The notes beneath the pieces are model-generated. The model saw only the letters and a list, made by a program, of their open reading frames with translations, did no database searches and had not been told where the DNA came from. Positions 10,961 through 31,100 of a stretch of DNA of 64,000 bases are shown in pieces. Made by a program: the position numbers and the translations under genes. Origin of the DNA: Sminthopsis crassicaudata (taxonomy: Eukaryota). The DNA lies in the NCBI RefSeq assembly GCF_048593235.1, contig NC_133621.1, forward strand, positions 219,625,238 through 219,689,237, in the 5' to 3' direction. How positions within the stretch are numbered: position 1 is the stretch's first letter; every line of letters starts with the position of its first letter.

Positions 10961-11136
10961 CAGATGAGGCACTTTCAATGTGTATGTTGAGCAGGAAGGG
11001 AAGCAGAGTGGGACAATAAATATTTGTGAGGGGAAGGAGCCCATCCAAGCTCACCAAGGGAGGAGCAGGGGGTGGGTAGCATAGATGTAGAGGAAAGCCT
11101 AGGGAAATGAAGAAGAGGGGCTGAAGCGCCCTTCTC

Positions 11137-19659
<8,523 letters not shown>

Positions 19660-20096
19660 CTTTTCGACTGCTTCCTGAATTGGCAGACTAAGAGGATGAC
19701 CTTCCCTTGGAGGAGTCTGGAGTAGAGGCTGGGATGGGGGATACTGAAAGAGAGATGCACAATAATATGTGTTACCCAGAAGTGAGATATAGGGAGGATG
19801 TTGGTACTGGTAACAGTGTCTCCTTTCCTGGCCCTGCCCCACTGGGGGAAACCACTTCTCTACTCCTTCCTCCTCCCACCTCCTATTTTTAGCTGTTTCT
19901 CGGTCCCTGGTCCTTCCCACTCTCTTGTACATCCCCCCACCCTGGCGGTGGTTCTCTAGGAAAGGGATCTCTGGAAGGCCAGCTCATACTTGCATCTAGC
20001 TCCACCTTCCAACTTTTCAGTATCTTGACCCCTCCCTTCACTTACTTTATCCCCCTCCCCCCCTACTCTCAGTCCTAAGTTCGCTCCAGGTCTCAC

Positions 20097-20250
20097 CTCC
20101 ATGGGTAGGGCTACTACCTCTAGCACCCCTGAATCCAGGGGCGGAGGAAGACCAAGCTGGCCACGGCCCTGCCCACTCCTCTCCTCCCAGCTGTGCCCGA
20201 GGAAGAAGACATTGGACCCAGAGTGGGCAGGGCTGAAAAGAGCTTAACTA
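20097..20250 (-). other. DGKA: Candidate DGKA proximal 5'UTR exon
   Basis: Donor GAG|GTGAGA at 20096 on -, GC box at ~20138; upstream boundary unknown. Confidence 0.4.
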
Positions 20251-22029
20251 GTTCCCCAGGACTTTGAGAAAAAGGAGCAAGGGAGACAAGGACATGGGTG
20301 GGAGGCCTTATTATTCCCTGGCCGAACACATCTTGGGAAACCCTAGTCTCAGCCTCTCCAACTCTGGACTGTTGGCACTTAGGGGGAAAAAGGAGTGAAC
20401 TGAGGGCAGTCTGTTTTCTTTTCTTGTTATTGTATCTCTGGCGCCCCGCTGGATGCCTGGAGCAAAATAAATGCTTATTGAATTGAATTAGATTGCAGAG
20501 AATGCAGCAAACTTTAGGGACTAGATTATGTTTCCTTCTAAAGGATCCCAGAGGGGAAGTTTCTAGGACTGTCTTCTCACGACTTAAGGCAACTTTGGTA
20601 AGGGAAAAGGAGGAGGCAGCGCCCCAGGAAGGTAGCTGAAGTCTGCAAGGGTAACCCTGGCTGTTTTCCTTCCTGTGGTAGCGAGAAACTTGTGCTCATT
20701 CACCTCTCTGCTTCCCCCTCCTACCCCAACCCAGCCTTTGCCTAGTGTTTGTCTATTCTCCACCTCAGCTAGTATCTCCCAGCCAGCCCTCTCTGGTTTC
20801 TGTGCCTCGTTCTCCTCCCCAATCCCTCTGTGTCTGAATTGAAGCTCCGGGGGGGGGGGGCTCAAGGACCTAGAGCCAGCTGCTGCTGGGAAGAAAAAGG
20901 GCCATTTTCCACAGGGACTGTGGTACACTCAGTCTTGGAGCCACTGTTTCCATTAGATCTAATGGATATCAGTAGCTAATAAGACATAATGTCACAGCTA
21001 ATAGATCTGGTTGGATTAATGAACTTCCCTTTCATAAACACCGTTCCCACATGTAAAGGGAGTACCAACTGAAGAAAGGGACAGGGGAAGGTGAACAAGG
21101 GGCAGGCAGTTTTTTTTCTTGTTCCAGGAGCTCAAAGTGTCAGGTTAGAAGATGAAACTGAGGCAATAGGGTGGAAAGAAAGAACCTGTATGGTGCTAGA
21201 AGAATGGGAAAAGGGAGCTATTTAGCCAGGGAAGAATTAAACTCCAGGAAATTTCTTCACATTATCACTCCCCAACACAGCAGAGAAGATCCATTCTAAA
21301 TTTCTCCATACCTCAAACTTGAGACCTCTTTTCAATCCCCCAATTGTGCTACATTACCATCCTGGATCTCTATTTTCAATGTCTCCAGGGGATGAAAGGA
21401 TCTAGAAATACTCAATCCAATCTGTCTCCCAAGGGGTTCTCCACTGACTAGCAGGGAAGACCGAGAAGGCAGCATAGCCCTAATGAGTGGACTAGTGATT
21501 CATGCATGTAATTGTCCGCACTTGCTAAAGCCAACGTCCATAATCCAGGTACCCCAGATCCCAGGCAAATTTTCCCATTTTCCTCACAGACTTCAGGTGG
21601 GTCAGAACTAATCCGGGGAACTGGAAGGGTCTAGGAACTACCACCAGAATATCTAGAAAATCCTGTAGATTTTGGGTTTGCTTTAAAAATATATATATTT
21701 TTTTTTGGAAAGGGAAGGAAAAAAATGAGAGACCATGGGTGGTGTGTGCAAGCAGAGACTGAGAATTATCAGTCCTGGATCTCATAAAAATCAATCAACG
21801 ACTACAACAGAATTTAGGAATTTGGGTACATGGATTCCTCAGGCCCTGCCTCATCACAATTTTCTGATTAATTGTAATCTGGGCTAGTCCAAGCAAAAGA
21901 CTAGGTAGGGGCAGGGCAAGTCTGCTGCTTTCTTCATTATGTGACTCATCCTTCCCTCCCCTCCTTCCCCAGACTCTCCAGGTTTATAGCATGGTAAGGA
22001 AAAGAGTTAGTCACTCATGTATGTATAGA

Positions 22030-22220
22030 AGTCTAAAGTGACTTTAGGTATCTTTTAATCCAACTCCCCTTCACCTAATGTACAACTGAGAAAACTGAGG
22101 CACGGAGATCAAATGACTTGCCTTTCAAGGTCATTTTCCAGCTGGTTAGTGGAGAGACTACAACCCCTGTTTTCTGATCCAAGTCTAGTGTTATTCTCAC
22201 TCTACTACACTGCCTCTACA
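22030..22220 (-). mobile_element. MIR SINE
   Basis: acaactgagaaaactgaggcacggagatcaaatgacttgcc. Confidence 0.7.
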
Positions 22221-23139
22221 TTTTAACTCTTATTTTACCACTTCTTTTGCCTAGGGCTACTGGTATTGAAAGAAATCAACACTTATGTTCAAAACATTTT
22301 CTAGTTTAGTATTTTTCCTTAAAAAACAAATTCAAGAAGTTTGAAACAAATTGTTACATGAAACAACGTATCTTAACCTTTAAGGAAGATTCCCAAGGCC
22401 ATGGAGGCTTTGAGCGCAGAAGGAAACATTGCAGAACACTGCAGAAGGGAACACTGGAAAAGGATGACTGGGAGCTAGGCCACCTGGGTCGTGAACAGCA
22501 GCAGCTCGGGGACCAGCTGGCAAGAGTCCTTCGGCCACTCAATGGACTTAAGTTTTGCTTTTTCCCAGCTGACAATTGGGTACCCCGGAGGCAAAGATTT
22601 AGATTAAGGATTTCTAAATCACTTCACCCTCAGGGAGCACCGCAATAAAAGTTGGGGTTGAGTGCTATGATTTGCCCATCGGGTTAATTCTCCTCCCTAA
22701 AAAGAGTAAGAATAGAATATAGACAGAGAACAAAAAATGCGGCAAGGGGAGGAGGGTGGGGTGAGATGGTGGACCGCCCGAAGTCACAGTGTGTAAATTC
22801 GGACCTAGATCTAGGAAGGAGGGATCCATTAATCCAGAAGCACACTGCTCTTCCAACCAAGGAAGCAGATACCCAGGTCCATTCCTCCCAGCGACACTTC
22901 TGCTCCCCACTCAGGGTTGACTTTCTACTCCCTTCCTCCAAATATCCCCAACCTTCACTCCTTCCCCCCTTCTTTCCCCGCCTCCCCTCCACAGCCTACG
23001 ATTTGTTCCAATCCTAAGGGTTTTTTCCTCCGACTGATCCCGCCATACCAACTGGGAGACACCCAGCAGGTTTTCACTCCCTGCCCCTCCTTCGGGGATG
23101 AGGTGAGTGGGGAGTTAATGAGGGGTTTATGGAGTTTAC

Positions 23140-23330
23140 CTTAAGGAGAGCGGAGCGGCGCGGGAGGGTGCTGCGGCGCCAGCGCTGGAGCAAGGAGCCA
23201 GAGCTATTGCCCGAGCTGGGTTTGGGGAGCCGGGCGGGGCGGGCTCTGCCTCCTGAGGGCCACCCAGAGACTGACGACACAGCCTCCAGCTCCCGCCCTT
23301 CAGCCTAGCGGGACTCGCCCCTACCCCGAT
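23140..23330 (-). other. DGKA: CpG-rich candidate DGKA first (non-coding) exon/promoter
   Basis: Donor AAG|GTAAAC at 23139 on -; GC boxes gggcggggcgggc ~23232; CpG-rich. Confidence 0.5.
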
Positions 23331-23669
23331 CTCCCCTTCCCCCCCCCCCCCATCCTCCCGTTCTCTCCCTATTCCCCAGCCCATGGCAAGGACCCAGCTA
23401 GTTTACTGCTCTCAAACTAGATTCCCTCTGCCGTTTTGTTGGTCCCGAAGATCTCAGTGACATTATTCATTCTTACAACTCAACCCTCAGACCTTAGTAA
23501 ATCCTCCTCCCCATTTTTTTTGTCTTCAATGGTAGATCATCCAATGACGTCCCTTTCCACTTTCACCTTCTTCTGACCCTGACAGACTAGAGATTAAAGG
23601 AAGAGCTGAGGGGCTGAAAGGACACCGCCCCATTCTTCCTCGGTGGTCCTTTTCCTTATGGAGGTAGTG

Positions 23670-23810
23670 TCTTTGATCCGAAATCGATTGGAAGAGAACT
23701 CGTGTTCAAATCCTTGCTTAATGCCTGGGGAACTTTCAGCACTGAATCTTTTAGGGCCTCAGGTCTCTTATCTGTAAAATGGGAGTCGAACCAAATGCCC
23801 TTCTAGTTTA
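23670..23810 (+). mobile_element. MIR3-type SINE
   Basis: gttcaaatcc B-box, tctgtaaaatggg core, L3-like tail. Confidence 0.7.
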
Positions 23811-24779
23811 AACACATGCTATAATAGTTATGGCGATTTCCTTTCTTCCTCTAGTAATTTTCAAGCTCTTTTTCTGAGTCCATGGATTTCAATCACCAGA
23901 TATCCTCAAAATCATATCAGATTAAGGAAGCTCAGTCTAGATTCCTCACTTGAACACAACTAAAGAAAATCTCCAGAGCCTCATGCTCCCTCATACTGCA
24001 CAGATTTCTAGGTTTCTCAGATCCCAAATGACACCGTTTCATTATTCTGGAAACATTTCCATCCTTCACCTTCACTTTACTTTGTGGAGTATAGGGATGT
24101 GTGTCTATGTGTACAGTGTTCCCCTCTAATCCTTTTATTCCATTTCTATTTCCTGCCCCTCTTCTCTGCTACACTAGTCCAATGACTATCCATGCTTCAC
24201 CAGAAATGGAAAATGAAAGCAAAAATATTGTGCTTCTCCTACCTCAGAACAGGGAGGTTCTGTGTCCCAGAAAGAGACTTTCAGTAGAGAAGACACTTTG
24301 GGACCCCAGTAGAGAGTGGGGCTAGAAGACTGAAAAAAAGTTTAAAGCCTTTGCATTTAAAGATTTAAGTGTTCTCTTCAGCCACATCTTATCTCCAATG
24401 ACCAGGATTCCCTTCTTAAAGTGGAACAAGTAACCATTGTTTTCTGGAATGTCTTCTCTCAAACCTGCTTTAACATCTAAAGTGGGAGAGTTGTATAAAC
24501 CAGCCTCTTCAACCTCTTCAAATGGGACATCTCTCTTTTAATGGGATTGGAAAAAGAGCTAAAATGTTTCTGTTTAGCCCCAATATAGACACCCTTGGGG
24601 GGATCCTCCCTTATGTTCCCCAGAAAGGAAGCTGCTAAGTAAAAAGGTTCTGCTAGGAAGAGGTTGCTGCTGGTTATCTTAGCTAAAGATCTGGGGCAGG
24701 TGTCTGAGAGGCAAGGCCATGTAGTCTCTCTCTGCTTCCTCCCATTTTTAGAGAGAATAAAAAATAATTCATATTTCCA

Positions 24780-25830
24780 TAACAAGCTTGAAGTCTTGAA
24801 AAACACTCTCCTTACAATGCTCCACTGAGGAATAGGGCATTATTCTAGTTTATAGATGATAAAACTAAGATTCATAGGTGAAATAACTTGCATGTGGTTA
24901 AACAGTTGTGTATAATTGAGAAAAATTTTGCCTGTTTGCTTTATTTTTAAAGTTTCCTACCTTTAAAATGTGATATATGTGTAATTTGTAATAATGTAAG
25001 AGGAAGTAGAATAGCAAACAGGATAGAAAAATCCAACCTAGGAGTCAGGAATACCCGTGTCCAGCATCCCTGAGATTTCAACCCCTTCCAAGAGAGTGGC
25101 CAAGTCACTTCCTCTTTCAGTATGTGAGGCAACTGTAAATTAGAGACCAATTGCCAAATCTGCATGGATAGAGAAGCTTCCCATACTGGGAGTTTCCTGC
25201 AGCAATAAAATCACTGGTTAAAAAAAAAAAAAAAAAAAAAAAAATTTCCTTGGGATGTTTCAACACATGAATGAGTTGAAATTTCTCTTTTTCCCCTATG
25301 TCCTTATATATCGTCTCCTTTTCCAGCAAAGAATATTCATTCAGATGCTGGAGTTGTATTATGGGGAAAAGCAGAGAATTTTGAATCAGAAGGCTCAGCT
25401 TTTGAATTCTAGCTATGGCCAATATATTTAAACTTTATGAGTCAGGTAGATAGAGCAGAGAGAGTATGGGGCCCAGTCAGAAAGACTTATTATCTCTGTG
25501 AACTTGGGCAAATCAATTAACCTCTATTTGCCTCAGTTTCTTCATCTGTAAAATGGGGATGATAATAGCAATTAGTTTCCAGGGTTTTTATGAGGATCAA
25601 AAGAGATATCTGTAAAGAGCTAAGCATGATGCCTGGCTCATAGTTAGTAAGCTCAAAGTATCATGGATAAATGTTAGCTATTATTAGCAATGTGATCCTG
25701 GACAAGTCACTTGCCTCAGCTTCAACTGAAATATAGAGGTATTAACAGTACCTACTTCATAGAGTTGTGATATGGACCAAATAAGATATTTATAAAGCAC
25801 TTGACACATAGTAGGATCTATATGAAGTCA
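24780..25830. mobile_element. Cluster of MIR/MAR-type SINE fragments with A25 tail at 25220-25244
   Basis: Repeated cores (gcctcagtttcttcatctgtaaaatgggga) and SINE 3' ends. Confidence 0.75.
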
Positions 25831-27821
25831 CACTCCCTTTTCTTCCCTTCCCCTAGGAGACTCGAGTCCCTACCTGTAAAATGGCAAAAGAATTATGTAT
25901 ATTATTTGCTTTATAGGATTGTGGGAGAGGCAGTGTTTTGAAAGCTTCAGTGTAGAAGTATCATTCTTGATCTCACTCTACCCATATCCCATTCTGACAC
26001 TCCTTTCCTAGGAGCAGAACCTAAGAGTCTTCACTTTGGGAAATTAAAGGTGATCTCAATGTGGGAAAGTAGGGTGAATGGCTCCCATCCTTTCCATGGG
26101 AATTTAACTCATTCTGAGACCCTCAGAAATTTATCTTTGTGTAAAGCCTTCTCCAGTCTTTCTCCCCCATCCTACCCAGCCTCCATAGCTCTGGGGCAAC
26201 GTGTGGGAAATGGGTATAATCGATGGGCTCATTGAACCAAGTCCCAGGTGCACATTTTCTCTTATCGGCCACATCACAAAATGGAGCGAGAAAAAGAAAC
26301 CACAGCGAACAAAGGGAGGAAAAAACAGCTTCATTTCTACACCCACCCCCACTTCTCCCTCCCTCTCTCCTTCGGTGGGGACCCGAGCCACACCCCAGTT
26401 CAGGCTAGGGGCTGCAAGTCCCCCAACCGGCTGTTAGACTCGCGAGTTTCACTTCCTGCCAGTCCCGAAGTTAGGGCAGGATGTTTGGGGGTGGAAAGAA
26501 GTACAAGAGGAGGGGCCGTAGGCTCGAGCTAGAACAGGCCCGGAGGGGAACTGTTGCAGGTCTCCTGAGTTTCCCTTTTGCAAACCCTGAACTGAAAGGG
26601 TAACCCCAGCCTGGGGAGACTATGCCAGGCGTAGCTGCCCACGAGCTACAGAGCCCTACTAGTTTTTCTAGTTTCCCCCCAGTCTCAAGCACAAAGGCAA
26701 TTACGGAAGTGGGTGTGTGTGTGGAAGGAGAGGAGGAGAGAGGGTAAAGTTTAGGAGGGAGAGGATTGGGGGAAGGAATGCATACATGCTAATAGTTGCA
26801 AATTAAATGCGAAACACTATGTAAATGAGTCTTACTCCACTGTTGTTTTAGCGGGTAGCCGAAGCTTGGTGGGAAAAGGAAGCGGCTCATTTGTTAGGTT
26901 GGGGCCTTTCATAGTGGGATTTCTAAGTCAAGGAATGACCGTTCGGTTTGGGAAAAAAGGGCTTCCAGGCGACTTAGTCCCAGCCCGAACGCCTTCCCCC
27001 GGAAGGAAGGATTCTTGGGCATTAGCCTTAGCCAGAGCAGCAGGATAAAGCAGAAACAATTTCTGTGGTAAAGTGCTACATACATGTCAGCAATCTGCAG
27101 ACAGTGAGGGGTGGGCTGGGGTCCCAGGGGCGGGACGAGGGAAGGACGCGGGAAAATCGGAGCCCGGGGGGGGGGGGGGGAGCCAGTAGCCCGGCGCCTC
27201 CCAGCCTCCGGGGGAGCAAGTTTAGACGGAAAGGAGCGGAGGGAACAACGCGGTCGAGGGCGGGAAGATTTGCAGTTAGTAAAAGGGGAGGGGAGAAGGG
27301 CTGAAATGGGGAGTGCAGGAAAGGCTGTAGGGTCAAGCCCAGCCCCTCCGCTCACGCCCCTCCCTCCTTCCCTCAGTCTCTTTCTTCCAGCACCCTCGGG
27401 GAAGAGCCGTAGACCTAGAGGTGGGAATGTTTTGCAGAGAAAGAAACTGAGGCGGGAAGGGGAGGGTTGGGGGCGGGGAGGAGAGGCCTTCGCCGGAAGG
27501 CAGAGTAAAGGTCAAGGAGCCCGCCCCTCCGGTGAGATTAATCCAAGGTCACCAGGAGGAGCGGAGTCAGGATTTGAACCAAGATCTTTGGCCTCGGCGA
27601 GCCGGGGAAGCTCGTGGCAGGCGCCTTGCGCGGGGCCCCGGAGCTAAAGGCCAGCCGCGAGGATCTCGGCACCCCGGGCCTCTCCTCCCAGGAGAAACGG
27701 CTTCAGGCCTCTTGTTTCATTCATTCTACAGACTGATCGAGCACTGACTTTGGGGCGCGCACGCCGACTGCTCGGGCCTGCAGCGTCTCCCTTCCGCTGT
27801 TGCGGCGCCGCCCGACCAGGG

Positions 27822-27864
27822 ATGTCGTCCAGCCGCCAGTCCGCCCCCGAAGACGAGCTGAAAG
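27822..27864 (+). CDS. PYM1: Probable alternative PYM1 first coding exon
   Basis: ATG..MSSSRQSAPEDELK(G); 43 bp phase 1, AAG|GTACGG donor; in frame with exon 2. Confidence 0.55.
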
Positions 27865-28082
27865 GTACGGTCTCTTCTTAGTATTCTCCCCCCCACTCCC
27901 ACCCCCCCCCCCGCCTCCCCTTCGTTTCCTCTCATAGCCCCGGGCATGAAGTCCAAGGACGCTCTGTCTCTTTAAGACGAAAATGGCAGCTCGCGACCAG
28001 CCCCGACTCCACTTCCGGTGGAGAAGGGGGCGGGTCGGGGGGGTGGGTGTCCCTCACGCCGGAAGTGGTTCTCGTTTCCAAG

Positions 28083-28116
28083 ATGGCGACTCCCTATGTA
28101 ACTGACGAGACCGGCG
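28083..28116 (+). CDS. PYM1: PYM1 exon 1
   Basis: [11 protein letters not shown](G); GTGAGT donor. Confidence 0.93.
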
Positions 28117-31100
28117 GTGAGTGCGGGCGGTGCAGTGTCTCCTCTTCCCGGGCCTCTGGGGGTGGGGGTAGAGTGGAGGGCGGACTTGGAAGGGACCTGC
28201 GCCCCGCCCATCCCGGGGCCCCTCCCCTGTTCCCGCCCCTCCGGACCGCCTACCCCATTCATTCGCTCCTTCGGGGCTGCACCTGCGCCCCCTTCCGGTC
28301 CTGTGGCACTGGGGTCCCACTGCTTCCGGTCACCCAAACTCTAGACTAGGGTCTCTGCTGGCCAGGGTTAGTCCCCGGGCCTCCGCTGACCCTTGGGAGT
28401 GTCCACTTTGACCCCGCCAGCCCGCGGAGCTCTGTCCATGTCCCTTCCAATTCTTGCCCCCCCCCGCCCCCCCAAGGTTCATCCCCTCCCCCCTCCCCCC
28501 GTAGGTGTGAAGGATCGGGAAGAACTCTTCCCCTCCCGACTAACCTTTACCGACTCTGAACTTTTTCTTTGGAGACCCAATTGCTAGTTTCGGCATCTCC
28601 TCTACCTTCCCGGGGAAACTGTCAGCCAGGGAAGGGATCAGTCAAGTCAATAAACACTTAACTGAGTTCGCACTGTGTGCCAGGCACTGTGCTAAGACCA
28701 GAACACAAGCGTCCTCCAATTCAGCCTGGGTAACCAAACTACTAATGTCACCCATCCTCAACTTTCCGCTCACTAAACTGTAGAAAAGAACTGTGAGGGC
28801 CTGCTGGGTCAGGCAGCAGCGGCCTTGGTACTAAGATGAGGCCCTGGGAAAAGGGAAAGTGAGGAAATGCTACTGGTCACTCATTCTGCCCAAGGACTCC
28901 AGGGAAAAAATTTCTAGTCTAGTAACAAAACAAATAAGTGGAAAATATGTGTAGAGTACATGTTGTCTATGTGTGTTTCCATGTAGAGCAAACATTGTAT
29001 AAGTCATGAAGTCATACTGGATACATTATAAAGTTATCTAACCTTCACTGAGCTTTCGCTGCTGTCATCTTTGTAACTGTTCCAAACTTTCTTTTAAAGC
29101 CTCTTTGTCAATGTCTAACCTCAGTTCCTCTTATACTGAGACTGGAAAGCTGTCATCCTCTTTCCTTAGAATCCCCCCTATCTTTTTCTCCTTTGCTGTA
29201 GTCTCAGCGTGGCTAACCCTGTCTTTTGTGCCCCCTGGTACCATTTCTGTCTCCTTTGGGAGCTTTCCTATTATTTCTTTTACTCTCTCTTTATATGACT
29301 GTATCTTGATACTTACAAAATATTCCCAGGTCTCTTTGTTGTTTAAAGAACCTGCTTTTTGTACTGCCAATCCCTCACACTATTTCCTATTTCTCTGTTC
29401 CCTCTTTAGCTAAAGTGTAAGAATGAGTAGTCCCTCCTGGATGCTTCCACTTATCACTTCCCATTCACTCCTTCTTTCAGTCTTTGTTCCAGTCCCATCA
29501 TTCCATTAAAACTGTCCAGTGTTTTGTTTTTTTAATCATCAAATTCGATGGTCTTCCCGTTTTCCTCCTTCTTGACCTTTCTGTTATATCACCACTTTGT
29601 AATTTACCACTCCTTCTAGATGCTGTTATATCTCTTGGCTTCATTGATACTGCTCTGTTGGGGTTCTCTTACTCTCTCTTTTGTCCTTTTCTTTATGCTT
29701 TGCTGATTCGTCTCTACCTATTCCCTAAGAATTTCCTAGGTTCCTTTAAAACTGAACTCAATATCTCCCATCAAATTTGTCCTTCTTCCAGACTTTCTGA
29801 TTTCTGAAGATGCTACTTCCCTGGATCCTTGACAATCCCAGTTTAAGACCCCTGAATTTCCTTGAAGTTTTTGCCTCTTTTTCCATTCCCAAGGTCCAAG
29901 CAATTGCCCATTTTTGTAGGTTCTTCATTTCTCCTCTGTCCCATTTTCATTCCTTGTATTGCCATTACTCTCATTCATTTCTTCATCACTTTTCCCCCCA
30001 TGAAGTCCTTTGTAATAATCTGAATGGTTTCCTTACATCCTTCTGATTTCTCCTTTCACCAACCCGTCCTTCTGGCAGTTGTCAAAATAAGTTTCTTAAA
30101 TCACAAATTTGACTTTATCTCTGCTCTACTCAAAAATCTCAAATGACTTCTCTATTGCTTTTGAGATTAAATACAGATTGCTCTTCTGCTTGCCAATCCG
30201 TGTCCTCTACAATTTGCTCCATTCTATATTTTCAGCCTTATTTTATCTTATTCCCTTTTATGCCCTATGAAGCTGAATTATGATCAGTTTATCTCCACGG
30301 TTTTACACAAACCCTCCACCATTCTTAAAAAACACTGCTTCTTTATTTCTGCTTCTCTGAATCCTTTCTTCAAGATTCAGCTCAAGTGTTACCTTTAAAG
30401 AAGCCTTGGATTGTGCCTCTTCTCTCTACTACCTCCCTCCTCCCAGTAGAAGTGTTACTTCTGTTTTCATTTTAAAACACTTGACTGGATCTCTTTTCCC
30501 ACATCACAACTCACCTTTTATTATAGGTAGCTATATATTCCTATTTGTGCTATAAGATTCCCCCTTATTTATACTACTTGAGTATCTTTGTATATATTGT
30601 ATCCTTCCTTCTAACACCAATAGAATGGAAAGTTCTTAAGGAAAGTTACATATAAATCTTTGTGTCCTCAGAGTCTAGCATAATTCCTTGATTATAACAT
30701 GCTTAAAACATCATCTGCTACATGCAATTGAATTGTATGTTGTGTGCTTATGTGAAACATCCATACCGTGTCTTTAAGATATTCCAAATGTGCTTCTTGT
30801 CTTGTAGCACAGTAATCCTTTTATTCTCTTATTGTTTCCCTATTTCATTCTCCACAACAGCTTTTCCAAAATGTTTCCTCTTTTAAACTGGCATAGAGGT
30901 ATCTCCACCTTTGTATTCCTGGCAGATGACTTGGGTTGCCACTACCCAGAAAAGACTCAGGTCCTTTGTCCATTATCACACCTAAAAACTCAATTGGGTC
31001 TTCCCCTGTTCCCTCCTTTTCTCCTGGTTCAGCCTTACCAAGGTTAAAGCTTATAGGTGATTTTTGATTCCATATGCTTCTCATGTCTATTCTACAACAT

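Larger units (their letters stand above)
26900..28620. promoter_or_regulatory. CpG island / bidirectional DGKA-PYM1 promoter
   Basis: High GC and CpG; ETS/GABPA CACTTCCGG 28010-28018 and CCGGAAGTG 28059-28067; YY1-like AAAATGGCAG ~27980 and AAGATGGCG at the PYM1 ATG. Confidence 0.85.

Noticed and set aside
25204-25244. AATAAA followed by A25, resembling a retrocopy end
   Set aside because: Upstream sequence matches a SINE 3' end seen inverted at ~44660; it is a SINE tail.
26866-28587. Many 60-180 aa ORFs on both strands
   Set aside because: Expected in a CpG island; low-complexity G/R/P products with no homology.
29105-30046. ORFs in PYM1 intron 1
   Set aside because: Degraded L2 ORF2 and its antisense.
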